From: Scenedesmus sp. PABB004
Taxonomy: Eukaryota
Length of the DNA: 64,000 bases
Assembly: GCA_014905635.1 (NCBI GenBank)
Contig: JABVCE010000016.1
Span: forward strand, 682,001 to 746,000
Direction: 5' to 3'
The position numbers were made by a program, and so were the translations under genes. Numbering within the stretch: position 1 is the stretch's first letter; each line of letters begins with the position of its first letter. The notes beneath the pieces are model-generated. The model made no database searches. It had not been told where the DNA came from and saw nothing but the letters and a program-made list of their open reading frames with translations. This document shows, in pieces, positions 58,159 through 64,000 of the stretch.

Positions 58159-59973
58159 ATGCAGAACGATGAGATCATCTGGCAGGTCATCAACTACCAC
58201 CACTGCAGCTTCAAGGCCAAGACCAAGACGCAGAACTTTTGCCGCAACGAGTACAACGTGACCGGCCTCTGCAACCGCTCGTCGTGCCCGCTCGCCAACA
58301 GCCGCTACGCGACGATCAAGGAGGACGGCGGGCGCTGCTACCTGTACATGAAGACCGTGGAGCGCGCGCACACGCCGCGCGACATGTGGCAGCGCGTGCG
58401 GCTGAGCAAGAACTATGCGACCGCGCTCGAGCAGCTCGACACCCACCTCGCCTACTGGCCCAAGTTCCTGGTCCACAAGAACAAGCAGCGCCTCACCAAG
58501 ATCACGCAGTACCTCATACGCATGCGCAAGCTCGCGCTCAAGGCGACGCCGAAGCTCGTGCCCATCGCGACGCGGTGCGGGCGCCCGCGCGGCGGCGCGG
58601 CGGCGGCGGCGCGGCAGCGCGGCGCGGCGCGGCGGCAGGCGGGGCGCCAGCGGGGACGGCGGCGGTCCAGGCGGCCGGCCGCCTGCGCTGCAGCGCGGCG
58701 GGCGCCCCGCGCGCCGCCGCCGCCGACGCGCACCGCGCCGCCGCGCAGGACGGAGAAGCGCGAGCGCCGGCGCGAGGCCAAGGCCGAGGTCGCGGCGCGG
58801 CTGGACCGCGTGATCGAGGGCGAGCTGCTCAAGCGCCTGAGCGCGGGGACGTACGGCGACATCTACAACTTCCCGCTCAAGACCTACGAGAAGGTGCGCG
58901 GCGCTGCTGCTGCTGGGCGTGACTGGGTGTGACTGTGTGTGACTCTTGTGACTCTTGTGACGGTTTGACTGCGTGACTCTTGACTGTGTGTGAGTCTTGG
59001 CTGCGGCCAATTGCGGGCTGTGCGAGCGCGTGTGCGTGCGTGCGTGCGTGCGTGCGTGTGTACGGGCGTGCGGGCTGCGTGTGACTGCAGCGCGGCCGAC
59101 GCCGCCGGCGCCGCCGCTGCGCCGCCGCAGGTGCTGGACCGCGCCGAGGTGGACGAGGACGAGGACGCCGACGCGGCGGCGGAGGAGGAGGAGGAGGTGG
59201 AGGCGTTCATCGAGGGCGACGAGGACGAGGAGGAGGAGGAGGAGCTCAGCGACGAGGTGCGGCGAGCGGCGCGGCGAGCGGCGCGGCGCAGGGCAGCGGG
59301 CGGGGCAGCGGGCAGGGCAGCGGGCAGGGGCAGCGGGCGGGGCGGCGGCGCCACACCTTCCAGCATGCGCCGCACCCGGCCGTTGCGGCGCGTGGTCACG
59401 GACCGTGGCAGAGCGCAGACGCCGCGGCGGCGGCCCGCGCCCGCCGCGGGGGCGGCGGCTGGCCCGCCTGGCCGCCGCCGGCCGCCGCCGCGGGACACAC
59501 CGGCGGTGGCGCCGCCGCCGGCGGCCCGCGCCGCGCCCACGCCGCCGCGTCCACGCCGCCGCGCCCACCGCCGCCCGCCAGGTCGAGTGGGTGGACGAGG
59601 AGGACGTGCCGCTGGATGACGACGACATGGAGGACATTGCTGAGGGCTACGACGACGGCGACGAGCCGGGCAGCAGCGACGGCGGCGAGCCGGGCAGCAG
59701 CGACGGCGACGGCGACGGCGCCGGCGACGAGCCCGGCAGCAGCAGCGACGGCGAGGGCGGCGAGGGCGAGGGCGGTGGCGGCGGCGCGGCGCGCAGCCGC
59801 GCGGCGCGCGCCGGCCGCGTGCCGCCGGGCCCGCCGCGGCGGCGCGCAAGCCCGCCCGCGGCGCGGCGGCGCCGGCCAAGCCGCCGCGGCAACGCCGGCG
59901 CGGCGGGCGGCAGCTGGAGGTTGAGTACGAGGAGGAGCGCGAGGCGCCGCTGGCGGCGGCGCAGCGGCGGTGA
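58159..59973 (+). CDS. MAK16: MAK16 60S ribosome biogenesis factor
   Basis: [19 protein letters not shown]…[25 protein letters not shown]…[12 protein letters not shown]…[16 protein letters not shown]…[12 protein letters not shown], then an acidic tail ending [10 protein letters not shown]. The last intron (probably 59819-59913) is uncertain. Confidence 0.96.
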
Positions 59974-60241
59974 GCCGGCCCGGGCGTGCGCGCCGACGGG
60001 GCAGCAGTTCGGTTGAACCGCGAGTGACGCTGCGCTGCCCCTACGCGCCCGGAGCCTTTCTCAGCCCCCGCGCCCGTCAGCGTAGCGCACCGCCCCGGAG
60101 GTCGTGCCCGCGCGCAGGCCCGCCGCCGTCTCGCGGCGCGCCGGCGGCATCAGCAGCGACCGCCTCCGCGCCGCTCCTGCACGCCCCGCCTCCGCTCGCG
60201 CCCGGCACGGCGTTGCCGCAGCAGCTTGTAGCACGCCGATC

Positions 60242-62536
60242 ATGCAGACTCCGCCCAGCACCGACGGCGGCAGCGGTGGCAGCGGTGGCGACTGCAGCGG
60301 CGGCAGCGGCGGCACCCGCAGCGGCAGCGGCGGCAGCGGCAGCGGCGGCAGCGGCAGCGGCAGCTGGCTGTTGGCGCTGCCCGACGCCGCGCTCGCGGCC
60401 GTCGCGGTGCTGAGCGATCTGCAAGCGCGGCGCGCGCTGCGCGGCGCCTGCCAGCGCACGCTGGCGGCGGTGGACGCGGCCGCGCCGCTGCAGCTGGAGC
60501 TGGAGTGCACCAAGGACACGACCGCGGGCGAGCTGCGGCGCCGCGCGCCGCGCACGACGACGCTGCGCGGCGACATTGGCCGCGCGCTCTCCTTCCTGCA
60601 CGGCGGCGGGGCCTTCCCCCGCGTCACGTGCCTCGTCTGCGACATGCTCGACGTGGAGGAGGGCCTCGCGGCAGCGCTCCGCGCCGGCAGCCCGGGGCTG
60701 GCGCGCCTGGTCGTCACCGGGGCCGAGTCGCCCAGCACACGCGGTCGCTGCACGTGGCGCTGGTGGTGGGAGGCCCGCCACCTGCGCCTCGACCCCGACG
60801 GTGCGCGGCGCAGTGCGCGCGCGGGGGTGCTGCGCCGCCGCGCCCGGGCGCGGCCCTCGCTGAGCTCGGCCTGCGACCCGCGGGCGCCGCGCCGGCGGTG
60901 CGCAGAGTTTGGCTGGGTGCGGGCGCTCGAGCTGACCGGCGAGTGCGTGGCGGCCATCAACCACATGGCCTGCCTGGCTGCGACCGGCGACAGCGACGTG
61001 GATGACAGCGACGATGACACCGACCACCCACCCAGAGACTTCCACGCGGCGGAGGCCCGCGCGGCGGCGCGCGCGGGCGAGACGTGGGCTGCCCTGTGCG
61101 CGGAGCCCGCGATCGGGCGGCTCACACAGCTGGAGAGCCTCACCCTCTCGGGGCCGTCGACGTCGTGGGGCAGGGGCCCGAGCGACATCTCGCAAGCCAT
61201 GTGGGACGCCGAGCTCGCGCCGCTCACATCGCTGACGTCGCTGCGCGTAGGCCAGGCGGGCCTGGGCGGCGTGGTGCACCGGCTGGGCACCGGGCACGCC
61301 GGCTGCCCCTTCCCGCGGCTCGCAGCGCTCGAGTGCTCGGACGGCTGGGCCGGGGCCGACCCGGGCGTTGTGCCGTTTGACTGGGTCTGGCGCTGCACGG
61401 CGCTGACCAGCCTGACGCTCGAGTCCCCTGAGTTTGACCTTGCGGTCATCGCTGCGCAGCTCAAGGGCCTCGCGCGACTGCGCCTGCGCTACACGCCGGC
61501 GCGGCCGAGCGTGACGTCGCGCGAGCTCGCCGCGCTCTCCGCCTGCACCGCGCTCACGCGCCTCAGCCTCGACGGCGCGGAGCTGCTGCGCGAGTCGGGC
61601 GCGGGCGCGGCCGCTGCGCCGCACCTGCCGGCGCTGCGGCTGCTGGAGCTGGGGGCGACGGCGGGCGTCGCGCGCTACGACGCGCCGCTGAGCAGCCTGG
61701 CGCCCAACCTCACGGAGCTGCGCGACGTGCGTGGGCGGGCGCGGGGCGGGACGCGGCAGGGGCGGGCGGCTCGCTGCCCCGCTCGCGCCCGACCGCGCCG
61801 CCCCCGCCCCGCGCGCCGCCGGCCCTCGCCGCAGGCCGGGTTTGAAGTCGACACTGACACCCACGGCGCGGCGCCGCCGCATCCGGTGCCGGCCAGCGTC
61901 GTCGACGCGCTGGCCGGGCTCACGGCGCTGTGCGTGCTGCACTGCGACCTCGCCAGCCTCGCCTCGCACGCGGCGCACGCCAGCCTGACCGCACTCACGG
62001 GCCTGCGCCAGCTCTGCGTGGAGATGCTGGGCACGGTCGCGGCGGCGCCGAGCCTCGCGTCGGGCCTACGGTGCCTGCCGCACCTGACGGCCCTCGAGCT
62101 CCACACCAACGACGCGCGCTCTCCCAACTGGGCAGACACGTATAACGCTGAGGAGGACGGGCTGCTCTGGGCGCACCAGTCGGCGCTGCGCACGCTCACG
62201 CTGCGCGGCAGCGCGCGGCTGGGCGGGCTCACGACGGCGTCGGACGCGCTGCGGCGCCGCCTGCCGGCGAGCTGCCCGCAGCTGCAGGCCCTCGAGCTGG
62301 TGGGCTGCGACGACCTGACGGCGGAGCACCTGCAGCAGCTCGCCGCGTGCCGCGCCGCGCCGCGCATCGTGGTGTCCGGAATACACACGTGGCTGCACAA
62401 TCTCCGCTCGGGTTTGACGTTACCCGGCGGTACGGACCCAGTGGCGGTTGAGTTTGTCGCCGTGAGGCAGAGCGAGACCCGTGGTGGCTTCCAGCAGGTG
62501 CGCCTCGACCGTCTGCTGCAGCTATACCTGAGCTGA
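60242..62536 (+). CDS. F-box-like / leucine-rich repeat protein
   Basis: N-terminal LLALPDAALAAV…ARRALRGACQR (F-box-like) and many LxxLxxLxL repeats (LTQLESLTLSG, LTSLTSLRV, CTALTSLTL, CPQLQALELVGC). Two probable in-frame introns (60801-60905, 61727-61834). Confidence 0.75.
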   Translation: MQTPPSTDGGSGGSGGDCSGGSGGTRSGSGGSGSGGSGSGSWLLALPDAALAAVAVLSDLQARRALRGACQRTLAAVDAAAPLQLELECTKDTTAGELRRRAPRTTTLRGDIGRALSFLHGGGAFPRVTCLVCDMLDVEEGLAAALRAGSPGLARLVVTGAESPSTRGRCTWRWWWEARHLRLDPDGARRSARAGVLRRRARARPSLSSACDPRAPRRRCAEFGWVRALELTGECVAAINHMACLAATGDSDVDDSDDDTDHPPRDFHAAEARAAARAGETWAALCAEPAIGRLTQLESLTLSGPSTSWGRGPSDISQAMWDAELAPLTSLTSLRVGQAGLGGVVHRLGTGHAGCPFPRLAALECSDGWAGADPGVVPFDWVWRCTALTSLTLESPEFDLAVIAAQLKGLARLRLRYTPARPSVTSRELAALSACTALTRLSLDGAELLRESGAGAAAAPHLPALRLLELGATAGVARYDAPLSSLAPNLTELRDVRGRARGGTRQGRAARCPARARPRRPRPARRRPSPQAGFEVDTDTHGAAPPHPVPASVVDALAGLTALCVLHCDLASLASHAAHASLTALTGLRQLCVEMLGTVAAAPSLASGLRCLPHLTALELHTNDARSPNWADTYNAEEDGLLWAHQSALRTLTLRGSARLGGLTTASDALRRRLPASCPQLQALELVGCDDLTAEHLQQLAACRAAPRIVVSGIHTWLHNLRSGLTLPGGTDPVAVEFVAVRQSETRGGFQQVRLDRLLQLYLS

Positions 62537-64000
62537 CGCGTGGGCCGCCCCTTGGGTGGGGACGGGGTGAGACACTGCGGCAGCAGGCTGTTGCACTGCA
62601 ACACGTCCCTCGCTCCGCACGCGGTGGACCGCGCCCGCGCCCGGCCTCCGCCCCGGCCGCCGCTCAGCACCGCCCCACACCCAGCGCCGCGAAGGCCGTG
62701 TCCAGGCCCGCCTGCGCGCCGCCTGCCTGCGCGGCGCCCCCTTGCTGCTCGGCCGGCTGCCGGCGCCGCCGTCCCTGCCGGCGCCGCCGCTCGCGAGCGC
62801 GCCGGGCGCCGACGCGGTGCCGCGGCTCGGCGCGGCGTCCGCGGGCGGCCCGGCGTCGCCGCCGCGCCGCGCGCCCGGCGGGAGCTCGGGGTGGAATCGG
62901 AGCACCTCGGCCCACATCAGGTCGGCCGCCTCGTCGGGCGAGAGCTGGCCGGGGACGTCGTACGCAAACGGCGCGTCCGCGGTCGGCTCGTCGCTCTCGT
63001 CGTGCAGCGCGGCGAGCCAGGGGTGCGCCAGCGCGTCGTCGACGCTGACGCGCCGCGCCGGGTGGAACACGAGCATGCGCGACAGCAGGTCCAGCGCCTG
63101 GCGCCGGCGGCGGCGACGTGGCACCGGCGGCGGCGCGGAGGCGGTGGCGGGCGCCCTCGCGCGGTCAGACACCCGGGGCGGCCCGGCGCGCGGCGCGGCG
63201 CGGTGCGCAGGTGCGCGGCACGCGCGCGCTGCGGCCAGCCGGCGCACCTGCGGGTCTGCGTCGGGCCAGAGCGCGGCGAGGTCGGCCGGCGGGCGCTGCG
63301 GCAGGCCGCGCAGGTAGCGCTGCGCCTTCTCGCTGCCCACGAACGAGATGTCCTCCTCGCCCGGCGACCCCAGCACCTGCGCGGCGCGGCGCGGCGCGGC
63401 GCGGCGCGGCGCGGCGCGGGCGCGCTCGGCGGCGGGCGGCCGGCCGCGCGCGTGCTGCGTGCGTGCTGTGGACGCGGCAGCGCGCAGTCGTGCGCCGTGC
63501 GCCGCGTGCGCCGCATGCGCCGCGTGCTGCATGCAGGCCGCACGCATGCCTTGGTGATGAGGTCGAGCTGCTGCACGTAGTCCTTGCCGGGGAAGAGCGG
63601 CTTGCGGCCGAGCAGCTCGGCGAGGACGCAGCCGACAGACCTGTGCGCGTGCGGGTGGGTGTGGGTGAATGGGTTGGGTGTGCGTGTGGTGGTAGTGGGG
63701 GGAAGGGGGGGGGGGCAGACGGCGCACGCGCGCACGGGGGTGTGCGAGCGCGGGCGGCAGGCGGCGCACCAGACGTCGATGGCGGCGGTGTAGTCGCTGC
63801 ATGAGAGCAGGAGCTCGGGCGCGCGGTACCAGCGCGTGACGACGTACTCGGTCATGCCCACCGCCTCGTCAGCACTGGACGGGGGTCATCGGCCGCGGCC
63901 GCGCGGGGTTTGTGTAATTGTATTTGTTAGGACGGGCGGGAGCAGCGGACGTGTGGGTTGGTTGGGAGGGATGCGCGGCCAAGCGCGGGCGAGCCCGCGC
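62522..64000 (-). CDS. MAPK: Mitogen-activated protein kinase (TEY type), 5' part outside the window
   Basis: [18 protein letters not shown]…[29 protein letters not shown]…[13 protein letters not shown]…[17 protein letters not shown] (CD domain). The stop is either at 62522 or at 62664; unresolved. Confidence 0.93.

Noticed and set aside
59775..59913. Apparent frameshift near the MAK16 C-terminus
   Set aside because: A phase-0 GT-AG intron (59819-59913) restores the frame, so recoding is not needed.
60801..61834. Two in-frame, stop-free introns in the F-box/LRR gene as possible exitrons
   Set aside because: Stop-free 3n introns are expected by chance in very GC-rich DNA, and nothing here shows retention.
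1..64000. Hundreds of long overlapping Arg/Ala/Pro/Gly-rich ORFs (e.g. 3354..6335, 39770..43063, 51546..55472)
   Set aside because: Stops are rare at this GC content; these are antisense or off-frame shadows of real genes, or intron read-through.

Overview
Very GC-rich, gene-dense, intron-rich eukaryotic nuclear DNA. The gene content (FLU/FLP, OPR/RAP proteins, RRA arabinosyltransferase, Chlamydomonas-type PACRG), TGTAA poly(A) signals and TTTAGGG-type telomere motifs point to a chlorophyte green alga; the exact taxon is inference. Most entries in the six-frame ORF track are artefacts of GC content, so I rebuilt spliced gene models by hand. I find about 21 protein-coding genes: PACRG, a 72-aa orphan, two divergent OPR/RAP proteins, glycyl-tRNA synthetase, a thioredoxin-Moco-sulfurase-like fusion, a 3-ketoacyl-CoA synthase, an MRS2 Mg2+ channel with a C-terminal EF-hand, an orphan, RRA, organellar uL10, a CEP89-like centriolar protein, an accessory island of orphans (43.2-49.9 kb), a small secreted protein, a RING E3, FLP, MAK16, an F-box/LRR-like protein and a partial TEY MAP kinase. 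Best leads: (1) a single-polypeptide thioredoxin (WCNGC) + NifS-like ABA3-type sulfurase lacking the MOSC domain; (2) an intronic inverted triplication that can base-pair over its own splice donor; (3) MRS2 fused to an EF-hand; (4) unusually frequent GC-AG introns; (5) a 1.94-kb segment bounded by 32-bp inverted repeats. I saw no rRNA, tRNA or CRISPR. All homology calls come from motif recognition, not database searches.
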